From an uncultured virus (IMG/VR IMGVR_UViG_2675903202_000003) (lineage: Duplodnaviria; Heunggongvirae; Uroviricota; Caudoviricetes), in IMG/VR virus record IMGVR_UViG_2675903202_000003, positions 22,985 through 86,984 of that record: DNA of 64,000 nt, one strand, 5' to 3'. Below, in pieces: positions 18,201 to 27,066 of the stretch (positions within the stretch are counted from its first letter, which is position 1; each line of letters opens with the position of its first letter). Made by a program: the position numbers and the translations under genes. A model generated the notes under the pieces. That model was given only the letters and a program-made list of their open reading frames with translations. It was not told the origin of the DNA and did no database searches.

Positions 18201-19676
18201 GAACGACGGCAGCAGGTCCCGCAGCAGCGTGATGCCCTTGATGAGGACGGGGATCACGTCGGGCTGCAGACTGTTGGCCCATTCGCGGCCTGCGGCAGTC
18301 AGGCCCTGCCACGCCGCCATGAGGTCCCGCTCGAGCGGCGTCAGTTGCGATACCGCGAACGCGAGGTTGTTCACCGCGGCGACCGACCCGGTCGTCGCCT
18401 GAGTCAGCGAGCGGCGCGCTGATGCGATCTGGTCGGCGGACTGTTGGTCGACCCGGGCGACGTTCGCGCGTGCAGACGCCAGTGCCCGCTCGGACTCGGC
18501 GATGCGCTGGTTCGCGGCGGCGAGACGGTCACGTGCGGACCGGACCTGGTCCGATCCCTCCACACCGGCCTGCCGGGCGGCCTTCTCGTCCTGCACGAGC
18601 CGCTGCAGAAGGGTCCGCTGCTCGTTGAGGCGATGCCGGGCCTGGTCGGCGACGAGCCGCTGCCGCGCGATCTGCTCGTCGGTCGCGGACGGGTCCGCGC
18701 GCAGTCGCGCAAGTTCGGATTCAGCGTCCTGCAGATCGAACACCGCTTGGCGCTCGTCGAGCCGAGCTCCGGTGACCTGGTTGGCCATGTCCTGCAAGCC
18801 GCGGCGGGCGTCGACCCGCGCCTGATTCAGCTCCTCCTGCGCCTGCCGCGCAGACCGCTGTGCCTGCGCAAGCTGCGTTTCGGCCTGCCGAACCTGGTCG
18901 AGCGCCTGCTGGTGCGCATAGGCAGCGTTACGGGTCGCCGCAGCAAGCTGCTGCCGTGCACCTGCCGCAGCCATCGCCTGAGACTGCGCCTGCTGCGAAA
19001 TCTGTGCGCCCTGCTTCTCCGCGGCCTGCTGTGCCTGCAGCGCCTCCCGGATCCGCAGCACCGAGGGGATCGCCACACCCGCGAGACCGGCAAACCCGGC
19101 GCCCGCCGCTGTGAGGGGACCGACGAGCCCGACCAGCCCGGCGCCGATCCCCGCGATCGCCGGGAGCGACACGACCCCGAGCCCGATCAGCGAGGCCCGC
19201 AGCGCAGCGATGCCTGCCATAGCGCCGCCGGTGTTGACGTCGATGTCGATCAACTTGCGGTTGTCGACCGACCGGACGGCGGCGTTCGCGGCGGCGATCT
19301 GCGCCATCGCCTGCGCGACCTGGACGTTGAAGTTGATGTCGACGCGGCGGCCGTCCAGCCGCGACACGAGCTGCTGCAGCAGCCGAAGTTCGGCGACCGC
19401 GCCACCCATTTCAACGTGGACGTTGACGTTGGCGTTGCGGCCGTCGAGTTCCTCCAGGAGCTTCTTGAGCCGCTCCAGGCGGGCCACGGACTGGCCCATG
19501 TTCACGCGGACGGTGACCGGCTTGACCTCCTTCTCGATGCCGGTCTGGATCCGCTTGCCGACCTCGCGGCCGATTTTGGTGGCCTCCGGGAGCATCTCCC
19601 GCCGCATCCGCGACGCAAAGTCCTTGACGGAAGGAACGACTTCGACGGAGACGGATCCGACGGAGATGGAGGCCAC
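15243..19676 (-). CDS. Tape measure protein with C-terminal CHAP-like peptidoglycan hydrolase domain
   Basis: 1477 aa; VGSVSVEVVP N-terminus, Ala/Gln coiled coils, Trp-periodic repeats; PWCGMFV...GHINI...VGGNESNSV. Confidence 0.93.
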   Translation of the reverse strand: MASISVGSVSVEVVPSVKDFASRMRREMLPEATKIGREVGKRIQTGIEKEVKPVTVRVNMGQSVARLERLKKLLEELDGRNANVNVHVEMGGAVAELRLLQQLVSRLDGRRVDINFNVQVAQAMAQIAAANAAVRSVDNRKLIDIDVNTGGAMAGIAALRASLIGLGVVSLPAIAGIGAGLVGLVGPLTAAGAGFAGLAGVAIPSVLRIREALQAQQAAEKQGAQISQQAQSQAMAAAGARQQLAAATRNAAYAHQQALDQVRQAETQLAQAQRSARQAQEELNQARVDARRGLQDMANQVTGARLDERQAVFDLQDAESELARLRADPSATDEQIARQRLVADQARHRLNEQRTLLQRLVQDEKAARQAGVEGSDQVRSARDRLAAANQRIAESERALASARANVARVDQQSADQIASARRSLTQATTGSVAAVNNLAFAVSQLTPLERDLMAAWQGLTAAGREWANSLQPDVIPVLIKGITLLRDLLPSFTPLVRGAAGAVGQLLDRASAAAQSPFWQQFAQFMGQAAGPAILQLGTLVGSVLTAFAGIAQGFMPIGMAFLQVLNVVAERFAAFATGLVSNPAFQQFVNQFIAAVPLIADTLSAVGSLVGSLFAALAPAMQPVLQFVRTLASTLAGVLRAVAPAIQSVFAALGPALSAVLSALAPVVVQLVNALAPLLVQLIQGLQPILISLVPVLSSVITALAPVISALLSGLQPAIAALVPVVGLLVQAVGRILLALAPLLPVLGQFIAELIQGLMPILTPIVNAIAAVAAEIAGAFIEALRQSLPALQQALIAVAGLLPALIPLLPIFAELLTTILPLVPTLVQLAAVLITALVPVLRLAISIVVRYWQTIASLLLPVLRLMVNVVQWVAGILTPIIQGIGWVIRGLGTVAMWLWNNAIKPAFRFIANLAKWLYSIIVVAVIGPIMVQFKVWATVAQWLWRSVIRPVFSAIGGFLKATWNNVIKPVLKAIWGFLRDTLGPVFKWIYNTIIRPVWNAVGSAIKWVWENVIKKAFDAIRSAVGKLGGAFRVAVDAIGKAWDKLKSVAKKPVSFVVNTVFNKGIVGVWNAVANLVPGVKKLEPIRGFAEGGVYPGYTPGRDIGFIGVSGGEAIMRPEWTRAVGPGFVDAANTAARTGGVGGVSKFMSGMFGGNFFLGGVVDKFKSAAKGFFADGLKKSASRVFKPLLELADRTLGDTAFGRLAAAIPRALISKIMAFFGPLEAKIGGDGKKVVSTAEKYVGLSGNPNRFTQAWGLNGLPWCGMFVGEVFKEAGAKKALSKVSWPPLVSSYTTLPKVSPSAKKPGDLALYRGDSGHINIYTGKGLVTVGGNESNSVRRQSGYISSASSIRRPAFATGGIVDIRGLLNQDRQENRPSTTHPGTQILRGLTGMQTFDSGGWLPTGVSMVYNGTGSPEPVLTDAQWARMSDAAAGGDGGTHYHAHLDGMTKSAYESQIRTAFTAMQVAQAQRDRTGRRR

Positions 19677-19698
19677 CGCGCACCCCCATTCCGCTGGG

Positions 19699-20494
19699 TC
19701 AGTGGGCGGGCGGAAGCTGCGGTGGAGCGCCGCCGTTCATGTGCGCGATGAACCATTCGGCGACGTGCGGCGGCATGACCGGGCGGGTCCGCTTGCGGTT
19801 GATCCCCGGCCGCGGGGTCGGCTCGGGCTCCTTGGGCTTCTTGTCGCCCTTCCCGAGACGGGACACCGACGCTTCCCAGCGGGCGAAGCGGGTCTCGTCT
19901 AGCAGCATCGCCACCAGCATCTCGAGCTGGGACCACTGCCCTTCTGCAGGGTCGGCGTCGCCGTCCCCGACCCGGTCGGGGTGGTTGACGCGCAGCGTCG
20001 TCTTCGTGGCGGACTCGGGCGGCAGGAACTGGATGAAGTTGCGGAGCCGCCGCCACGTCAGCTGCGACCGACCCCCGCCCGGCCGCCACAGGTCCCGAAG
20101 GTCAGTCTGGTAGTAGCGCTGGAGGTCGGCCTCTACCGGCGCCGCTGCTTCTTCGAGGAGCGCGGTGAGGCCGAGGATTCCCCCGTGCTCACCCCGTAGT
20201 GCTTCTGCGCGCCCTGCACGATCTGGTTGAGCTTCCGGTTGGAGACCGTCTGCTCGCAGAACCGCTCGTAGTCCTCCGGGCCGAGGAGCTCACGGATGAA
20301 CGCCCGCAGGCCACCCGGAGTGTCGGTGTCGGCGGTGGCCTGCCAGTCCGCGTCGTCCGGGCTGATGCAGGTGAACACCTCACCGTTGATGCGGAACGTG
20401 AACGTGGCGCCGGTCGCTCGTCCTCCATCGCGTCCAGGTCCAGGTGGACGACCGGTTCACCGTCCTCGGTGATGATCCGGGGTGCAGCAGTCAT
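19699..20494 (-). CDS. Tail assembly chaperones G (20133-20494, 1-nt defect near 20417) and G-T (-1 programmed frameshift, ends 19699)
   Basis: Between tail tube and TMP; slippery GGGGGAA at 20184-20178 leads into GGILGLTALLEE..VEADLQRYY..DLRDLW...LTWRRL..FI..LPPESAT. Confidence 0.85.
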
Positions 20495-20521
20495 GAGTTC
20501 CCCTCGAAGGAAGTGGGTGGG

Positions 20522-21169
20522 TCACTGTGCGGTGCGCCGACCGGAGCCGGCGCACCGCGAGGTGCAGCGCGGGTCAGGACCCGCGCCCGGCAGCGACGCC
20601 GGGTCGATCTTGGAGGTGTGGTACAGCAGGTTCCCCGCCGCGTCCGGGTACACCGACACCGTCACCTCGTAGCCGGTGACCTCGTCGCCCTTGTAGACCA
20701 CGTCGCCGCGCTCGGAGATCTCCGCCTCCGGCGCGAACATCCGCAGCATGCTCACCCCGTCGTACACGTCCCACACCCACGCACGCCGGTCCGGCGCCGG
20801 CGTTGCCGACTCCGCGAAGCTGGCGAGTCCCTCGGCGTCGGGGGTGACGTCGGCGACCGCGAGACGGTACATCAGCGACTTCACCAGCGGACGCTGCGAC
20901 TCCCACAGCGTCATCTGGAACGTCCGCACGCTGCCGGTCACGACCTTGCGGAACGGGGACGTCTGCCCCCACGCCTTGAACTCCTCGGAGTCCTCGTCGA
21001 TCGCGTACGTCAGGCCGTCCTCGGAGATCATCCCCACCGCCAGCCACGGCGACGTGAGGCTGTCGAACCCGGTCGGCGCCGTCGGCGTCGCGGTACCCAG
21101 ATCGACGGTCCACGCACCGCCGTTGATACCGATCATCGCCAAGTCGTCGGACCGCTCAATCGTGGGCAT
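20522..21169 (-). CDS. Major tail (tube) protein; true stop probably 20574 if one G is missing
   Basis: G.ISEDG, FKAWG, RTFQMTLWE, EISERGDVVY, Y.VTVS.YPD. Confidence 0.88.
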   Translation of the reverse strand: MPTIERSDDLAMIGINGGAWTVDLGTATPTAPTGFDSLTSPWLAVGMISEDGLTYAIDEDSEEFKAWGQTSPFRKVVTGSVRTFQMTLWESQRPLVKSLMYRLAVADVTPDAEGLASFAESATPAPDRRAWVWDVYDGVSMLRMFAPEAEISERGDVVYKGDEVTGYEVTVSVYPDAAGNLLYHTSKIDPASLPGAGPDPRCTSRCAGSGRRTAQ

Positions 21170-21228
21170 CGGGCCCCTCCCATGCGAAAGGCCCCGCACG
21201 CGGCGGGGCCCAGGGTTTACGAATTAGG

Positions 21229-21605
21229 TCAGATGTGCGCGGCCAGCCGGTAGGTGGCCAGGTAGCGGCACAGATTCGGGTTGGGGTCGGGCAGCTCGTA
21301 CGGGGCGACATCAACGCTCACGAACGTCACGACGCCTGCGGGCGGCGCGGCCCGACCAGCGTGGTCGTGGTGAGGCGTGCGACGTCCCGGGCGACCTGCG
21401 AACACAGGGCACGCTGCCCCTTGAGGGTCCACACCGACACGTCCACCACGGGACGGTCCAGCCGGTACCCGGCACCACTGGGCACCCGGCCCACCTGGAT
21501 CACCGGGACGATCTCCTCAACGTTCGCGGGCAAATCCGTGGACGCCCGATGCCCCGTCTCGGCCTGGTAGAAGGCCACGAGCAGCTGCTCAATGTCGGGA
21601 TACAC
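21229..21605 (-). CDS. Tail terminator, 1-nt frameshift near 21351
   Basis: YPDIEQLLV, TDLP, P.IQV.R..G...LDRP.VDV.VW; continues as P.ELPDPNPNL.RY.ATY. Confidence 0.8.
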
Positions 21606-21607
21606 CG

Positions 21608-21928
21608 TCAGTCCCCAGCGGCCCGCAGCGCGTCCCGCAAGGTGCTCCGCGCCGGCGTCCGGGAGGTGCCGTACTCGACGTACACCGCGTGATTCGAGGT
21701 GTTGGTGACCCGCCCGTAGGCGCGGTTCTTCCGGACGCCACCGCGGGGCCCCGACGTCACCTGGAACGACCCCTTGTAGTCCCCTGAGTCCACCGGCGCT
21801 GTGGCTTCCGCGGTCGCCGCGACCTTCTCGGCGCGGCGCCGCATCTCCGCCTGCATCTCCGGGGAACGGATCATCTGCCCGATGCCCTTATAGGAGGCCC
21901 GGAACCTGGTCCCGCGGGACCTAGCCAT
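21608..21928 (-). CDS. HK97 gp10-like tail completion protein
   Basis: APVDSGDY..S, HAVYVEYGT motifs. Confidence 0.85.
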   Translation of the reverse strand: MARSRGTRFRASYKGIGQMIRSPEMQAEMRRRAEKVAATAEATAPVDSGDYKGSFQVTSGPRGGVRKNRAYGRVTNTSNHAVYVEYGTSRTPARSTLRDALRAAGD

Positions 21929-22133
21929 CGTCGCCTCCCGCCTGCACCGCGACCCCGGCGATCCCGCCGATCACCACGAACGACACCGTCGGGAACGAGC
22001 GGCGCAACTGCGCCGTGAACGCCTGAACGTCCTCGGTCGGAATGTCCTCGGTGAGCGCGACCAGGACACGGTCACCGGGCCGCAGCACCACCATCGGTGG
22101 CACGCCGCCGCCCGCCAGTTCGGGCATGGGCAT
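21921..22133 (-). CDS. Small hypothetical neck-region protein
   Basis: GGAGGGAG RBS; VLRPGDRVLV. Confidence 0.55.
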   Translation of the reverse strand: MPMPELAGGGVPPMVVLRPGDRVLVALTEDIPTEDVQAFTAQLRRSFPTVSFVVIGGIAGVAVQAGGDDG

Positions 22134-22152
22134 CGGGCGTCTCCCTCCACGG

Positions 22153-22494
22153 TCAGCCGGTGACGCGGGCCAGTTCGATCTGCACGCCGCCGCGGAACCC
22201 GGTCAGCGGCGAACGCCACTCCCCCGGATCCCCGTCGACGTCGTACAGCAGCCCCCGAACCCGCACCCGGTCATGGGGGCGGACATCAGTCCCGTACGGC
22301 GCGAGAACGTTGAGTCCCTCCAACACCTGCAAGCGGGCCTGGACGTCCTCCGACGACGTGCGGGGCCACACCGCGCACCCCGCCACCTCGGTCTCGACCG
22401 GCGGTCCGGGCACGTCATTGCCGTACTCGTCCTGCGTCGGCGGCCCCGGACGGACGATCGTGATCGTCTCCCCCATCGGGTACGGCGGCGGCAT
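22153..22494 (-). CDS. Head-tail stopper/closure protein
   Basis: DEYGN, GCAVWP, DRVRVRG..Y.VDG.P..W.SP.TG. Confidence 0.85.
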   Translation of the reverse strand: MPPPYPMGETITIVRPGPPTQDEYGNDVPGPPVETEVAGCAVWPRTSSEDVQARLQVLEGLNVLAPYGTDVRPHDRVRVRGLLYDVDGDPGEWRSPLTGFRGGVQIELARVTG

Positions 22495-22497
22495 CCG

Positions 22498-22914
22498 TCA
22501 CCACCCCTTGTCGAGGTCGACCCACACACCGCGCGGGTCGTCACCGTCCAGATCCCAGTCCCGCGGCCACGACGCGGACGGGTCCGCGTCCGCCGGGGTC
22601 GGATCCACGGTGAACGCCCCGCCCCGCCCCGCGAGACGCTGCAGAGTGCGGCGCTCGTCCCGTGTCATGTACAGGCCCGCCTGCGGGCGCTGCACACTCA
22701 CCGGCCCGACCGTCTCGTACGCGACCCCCTGCGGGTTCGCGTACGCGCGGCCCGCCACCGCCAGCACCACTGCGGACGCGGCGTCTGGCAGCGGCGTGAC
22801 GATCGACTCGGCCAGCAGTGTCGCCTGCGCCAGCATCAGCTCGGCGCGGTCCTGATCGATGTCCGGCAGACCGAGGTAGACGCGTAGTTCGTCGGCGTCG
22901 ACGGCGACCGCCAC
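22498..22914 (-). CDS. Head-tail adaptor
   Basis: RA..ML..A, VVL.VA.RAY.NP.G...ETVGP, GLY.T..E...L. Confidence 0.85.
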   Translation of the reverse strand: MAVAVDADELRVYLGLPDIDQDRAELMLAQATLLAESIVTPLPDAASAVVLAVAGRAYANPQGVAYETVGPVSVQRPQAGLYMTRDERRTLQRLAGRGGAFTVDPTPADADPSASWPRDWDLDGDDPRGVWVDLDKGW

Positions 22915-22918
22915 GATG

Positions 22919-24073
22919 TCACCCCTTCGGTGTGAGCTCCTCGATCGCAGAGCACCACGCGGCGAGATCCGCAGCCGGGTCCAGCGCCTTGGACCGCGCC
23001 AGCGCCCGCTCCGACGCCTCCGCCCACTGCGCCGGGTCGGTCAGCGCGGTCAGCGCCTCCACCCACGCCTGCTCGTCGTCCCGCTCGGCGAAGACACCCG
23101 CCTCGCCCAGACACTCCGACAGGCCCGGGGTCGGTGCCGCCACCACCGGGATCCCCGACGCCATCGCCTCGACCGCGACACGGCCCCACGACTCGTGCGC
23201 CGACGGCATCAGCAGCACCCGCGTGCGGGCGTACACCTGCTCCCGCATCTGGTCGCCGGGCATGTGCTCGACCACGTCCACGTTCGGCAGTCTCCGCGGG
23301 GCGTCGACCTGCTGCCCGTAGGCGCCCTTCACCCCGAGGAACTTCAGATCGGGGAGACGCTCAGCGAGCCGCCAGAACAGGTCCCCGCCCTTGTCGGCGT
23401 TCAGGTTCACCAGCGTGACGCGGTCACCCGGGGTGGCGGCGTAGTCCTCCGCGAACACCGGCGGCCGAACCACGATCGACGTCGTGGGGCGGAGACTGGT
23501 GGTGTACTCGCAGAAGAACGCCTCCGCGTCGGCCTGCATGTGCAAGCTGTTGTACACCGCCAGCGCAGTCGACCCGCGCCCGACGTTCTTGAAGATCGCC
23601 GGGGCCGTGTTGTGGCAGATCACCACGAACGGGCGGCCCATCCCCCGGGCGAGCGCACCCGCCGACGGCACGTTCTCGTGATGCGACACCAGCACGTCCG
23701 CGCGCCACGCCGCCGACCCGAAGTCGAGCCGCGCCGCGTACGGGACCACCCGCACACCGTCGATGTCGTACGGCTCCCGGTCCGGGGAGTACCGCGACAG
23801 CCACACCTCGACGTCGTGGCCGCGCGCCACCAGGGCACGCAGCAGCGAGTGCGCCATCCACTCCGACCCGGCGTTGTGTCGCGGCGGGTAGTACCCGAAC
23901 CTCGCGATGATCCGCATCGGTACCGCAGCCCGCCCGAGGCCCTCGAACACAGAAACCGCCGGCGCAGGCGCGGCGGCCTGCTCGACGGCCGGCTTCTTCG
24001 CAGGGGTTCTCGGGCGGGACTTGCGCTGCGGCGCCTTGCGGGTCCTCGACGGTGCCTTCGCAGGCTCGGTCAC
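22919..24073 (-). CDS. Glycosyltransferase family 4 (GT-B) inside the head operon
   Basis: YPP..NAGSE, LVNLN..KGG, LMPSAHESWGRVAVEAMASGIPVV (EX7E motif). Confidence 0.9.
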   Translation of the reverse strand: MTEPAKAPSRTRKAPQRKSRPRTPAKKPAVEQAAAPAPAVSVFEGLGRAAVPMRIIARFGYYPPRHNAGSEWMAHSLLRALVARGHDVEVWLSRYSPDREPYDIDGVRVVPYAARLDFGSAAWRADVLVSHHENVPSAGALARGMGRPFVVICHNTAPAIFKNVGRGSTALAVYNSLHMQADAEAFFCEYTTSLRPTTSIVVRPPVFAEDYAATPGDRVTLVNLNADKGGDLFWRLAERLPDLKFLGVKGAYGQQVDAPRRLPNVDVVEHMPGDQMREQVYARTRVLLMPSAHESWGRVAVEAMASGIPVVAAPTPGLSECLGEAGVFAERDDEQAWVEALTALTDPAQWAEASERALARSKALDPAADLAAWCSAIEELTPKG

Positions 24074-25026
24074 GAACCGATGCCCGCGGCGGTGTAGGTC
24101 ACGAACGCCTCCGCGTCGCCCATGACGAAGCCGTAGAACGCCTCCGCCAGCAGCAGCACCAGGTTCTCCTGGAACGCCGAGTGGACGCCGCCCTCCTCGT
24201 CGACGTACGTCGCCTCCGCCGAGATGCGGACGGTGATGTCCATCCCGACGCCGTACGCGGCCTGCGACCAGTCGCCGCCGACCGCGCGCAGCCCCGTGTC
24301 GGTGCTGGTGGACTGGCGGCGCTGCTTGCCCGACACTCCCCGCGAGTACGCCAGCGGCTCACCGATGAGGGTGCCCGCCGCGGCCATGTTCGTGCCGGGC
24401 GTGGTCGTGTCGACCAGGATCGGGCGGCCGGTCGTGTCCGTCGCCAGCAGCAGCTTCGGCTTCAGACGGGGGTCGGCGACGGTGCCGGTGAAGTCCCAGT
24501 CGCCGTCGACGACCAGGTCCATCCCGTTCACCAGGTCGGCCCACAGGCCGCCCTGCGCCTGCGTGGCGGTGCCGAGCTCGACCGTGTTCGTGGTCGCGGC
24601 GAGGTACTCGGTGAACGGACCCGCCGCGCCCTTCATCGTCTTGCCGTGGATCGCGGCGTGGTCGAACGCCCGCGCGAACGCCGTCGGCAGGTCACGCTGC
24701 AGCTGCGTCCACAGGCCCGCGGCGTTGGTCCGCACGACCTCTTCCGCCACCGGGATCAGCACGGCGATCTTCTTCGGCGTCATCTGCTTGACGTCGATGC
24801 CGCCGGACGACAGCGGCTTGCGGGCGCCCTGCCCCACCCAGTCCGCGGTCGGCACGTCCAGCGGGATCGGGATGGAGGTGTTCGCGTCGATCGAGAGCGG
24901 AGCTTCCATCGCCAGCGACATGACCGCCGACTGCTCCACCGACTTCTCGAAGATCGGGCCCGCGAGGTTCCGCGGGAGAAGGTTGCTGTCGATGTCCGAC
25001 AGCAGGATCGGGTCGGTGGTGGCCAC
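24070..25026 (-). CDS. Major capsid protein (HK97 fold)
   Basis: A.WVG.G..KP, PKKIAVLIPV.EE, A.A..FD.A.I.G, GDWS...YG, FQENLV....EA..G. Confidence 0.93.
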   Translation of the reverse strand: MATTDPILLSDIDSNLLPRNLAGPIFEKSVEQSAVMSLAMEAPLSIDANTSIPIPLDVPTADWVGQGARKPLSSGGIDVKQMTPKKIAVLIPVAEEVVRTNAAGLWTQLQRDLPTAFARAFDHAAIHGKTMKGAAGPFTEYLAATTNTVELGTATQAQGGLWADLVNGMDLVVDGDWDFTGTVADPRLKPKLLLATDTTGRPILVDTTTPGTNMAAAGTLIGEPLAYSRGVSGKQRRQSTSTDTGLRAVGGDWSQAAYGVGMDITVRISAEATYVDEEGGVHSAFQENLVLLLAEAFYGFVMGDAEAFVTYTAAGIGS

Positions 25027-25040
25027 CGGTCACCCCTTTC

Positions 25041-25700
25041 TCAGCGGCCCTTGCTCTTCAGCAGCCGCGAATTGACGAAACCCGCGAACTCGTCCGCGGG
25101 GTCCTTGACTCTGGGTTGGTTGGCGCCCGACGCCTGCGTCCGGTCCGGCGCCGGTCGGCGCCGCTGCTCCGGTTCGGTGGGCTTGGGCTTGCCGAGGTGC
25201 GGCTTCCGCTCCAACAGGTCGGCGAGGTCGACCTTGATCGCGTCGGTGTCGATGTCGCCGTCGTCGGTCGCGTAGGACGTCAGGTCCAGGAGCGCCTCGG
25301 GGTCGGTCGGGTCCGCGAACGTGGCAGCCGCCAGGGCTCGCACCTCGCTCTTGACCGCCCGCGCTCGCAGCGCCCCGATCTGCTGTTCCTTCTCGCCCAA
25401 CTGAGACTGGAGACGCTCGGCCTCCGTCTGCTGCGCGGCCTTGGCCTGGCGAGCCTCCTCGGCGAGCGGCTCGAGTTCCTTCAGCCGCTTCCGAAGATTC
25501 GCCGCCTCCTGATTGGCCTTGCGGATCTTCGCCTGCGCACGTGCCTCGTCGAACGGTTCACCGGTCGCCTTGCTGCCCTCCTGGGGCTGCTGCTCGCCGG
25601 TCTCGTCACCGTCTCCGGCGGGCTCGGTTTCCTGCCGCTCCACCACCTCGTCGGTGACGTCGGTGGTCTCGGTGTGCTGCTCGGCAGCCTCTTCGGGCAT
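25041..25700 (-). CDS. Scaffolding protein
   Basis: Acidic N-terminus, EAA.LR.RLKELE coiled coil, FADP.D, LLERKPHL. Confidence 0.85.
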   Translation of the reverse strand: MPEEAAEQHTETTDVTDEVVERQETEPAGDGDETGEQQPQEGSKATGEPFDEARAQAKIRKANQEAANLRKRLKELEPLAEEARQAKAAQQTEAERLQSQLGEKEQQIGALRARAVKSEVRALAAATFADPTDPEALLDLTSYATDDGDIDTDAIKVDLADLLERKPHLGKPKPTEPEQRRRPAPDRTQASGANQPRVKDPADEFAGFVNSRLLKSKGR

Positions 25701-25705
25701 AGGGG

Positions 25706-26164
25706 TTAACCCTCCAGGGGTTGGGATGTGGCAATCTCCCGCTCCAGGCGGGAAGTCGAAGGCCGGTAGCGGTCCCACCACCGGTCGATCACAGGGCCTG
25801 TCCACGCAGGCCGCCTGGCGGCAGCGGCCCGGGACCTGGCCTCATCTGCGGCGGTCGCCAGCACCACCACCTCCGTGGCGCCCAACGCCGATGCATGACG
25901 GTTGCGACGCTCCGGCTCCGGCATCGTGCGGATCACCCACGCCGTGCCGGACTTCATCCGGGCGACGAGAGTCTCCTCAGCCACCCGGACCCGCCGCGCC
26001 TGCGCACGCACATGCTCGGGATGATTGTGGCTGTCGGAGGAACCGAGCCGCTGGCAGATCCCATCTAGGTCCACGACCCGGTCGCCCGGTGCCGCGTGCT
26101 CCGCGACCCATGTGGTTTTGCCTGCCGCCGGTGGGCCGCACACCAGCACGACCCGGCGCGTCAC
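25706..26164 (-). CDS. P-loop AAA_33/kinase-like protein
   Basis: VVLVCGPPAAGKTTWV Walker A, VDLD, AWVIR. Confidence 0.8.
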   Translation of the reverse strand: MTRRVVLVCGPPAAGKTTWVAEHAAPGDRVVDLDGICQRLGSSDSHNHPEHVRAQARRVRVAEETLVARMKSGTAWVIRTMPEPERRNRHASALGATEVVVLATAADEARSRAAAARRPAWTGPVIDRWWDRYRPSTSRLEREIATSQPLEG

Positions 26165-27066
26165 GACACCCGCAGCAGCCGGTAGAAGTTCGAGATCGTG
26201 TCGCCGGGCATCGCACGGGCCTGCTGGTACTGCTGCTCCCACAGTTCGATCTGTGGCTGCGGCTGCCACTCCTCCCCCTCGAAAAGCGGAGTGGCCCAGC
26301 AGCGGCAATGGTTGTGGTACTTGAACTCGCCTGCGCCGGCGAACTCGCTGTTCGCTGCCCGGCCGGCGGTCTGCTCGTTCTTGTAGACCGCGCCTCTGAT
26401 GGCCATCACCCGGCAGAACGCGCACGCGTCCGGTGCCGCCCTCCGCGCAACAGCGACTGCGGCCCGGTCCTCGGCAACGGCGTCCACGATCGCGCCGCGG
26501 CCCACATCCCCGACGAGCCGCGATGCGATCCCGTCGACCTTTGTCCGGGACGCTCTCGCCTGCCCCGCGGGATCATCGGCCGCCGGTTGCGGTTCTGGGT
26601 CGGCGATCTCTTCGTCGAGGTGGTCTTCGCCGATCTCGGCGAGGTCGTCCTCATCCAAGTCGGCGAGGTCGGCTATCGCGGCTTCTTCTTCGTGGGCGAT
26701 CTCCTCCAGTTCCCGCTCGAGCGCCACGGCGTTGTCGAGCAGTTCCTGGTCCCAGAGATTCTTGGTCGCCCACCGCAGCGAGTTCTCGATCTGGTCCGGG
26801 TCTGGTTCTCGCAGCAGCGTCGTCGGTGACCGCCCCGAAACGCCGGCAGCGGCACGTTCGGCGTCGTAGTAGTCGAGCGCCATCGCGCCCGCGGCCTGCC
26901 CGTACCGGTCGATGACATCGTTGACCGCGGCGATCCACTGCGGCATCGTCCCTGCAAGCCGCGCCGGGTTCAGAAGCCGCCACGTCCCCGCGAGCTCACG
27001 CAACATCAGCACGCTCAGGCCGGTCTGCGCGGCCTGCTGCTCACGCGACGCGGTCGGCGTCGCCAT
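26161..27066 (-). CDS. MuF-like/capsid maturation minor head protein
   Basis: After portal; ACAFC..MA.RG.VY and YHNHCRC...P. Confidence 0.85.
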   Translation of the reverse strand: MATPTASREQQAAQTGLSVLMLRELAGTWRLLNPARLAGTMPQWIAAVNDVIDRYGQAAGAMALDYYDAERAAAGVSGRSPTTLLREPDPDQIENSLRWATKNLWDQELLDNAVALERELEEIAHEEEAAIADLADLDEDDLAEIGEDHLDEEIADPEPQPAADDPAGQARASRTKVDGIASRLVGDVGRGAIVDAVAEDRAAVAVARRAAPDACAFCRVMAIRGAVYKNEQTAGRAANSEFAGAGEFKYHNHCRCWATPLFEGEEWQPQPQIELWEQQYQQARAMPGDTISNFYRLLRVS

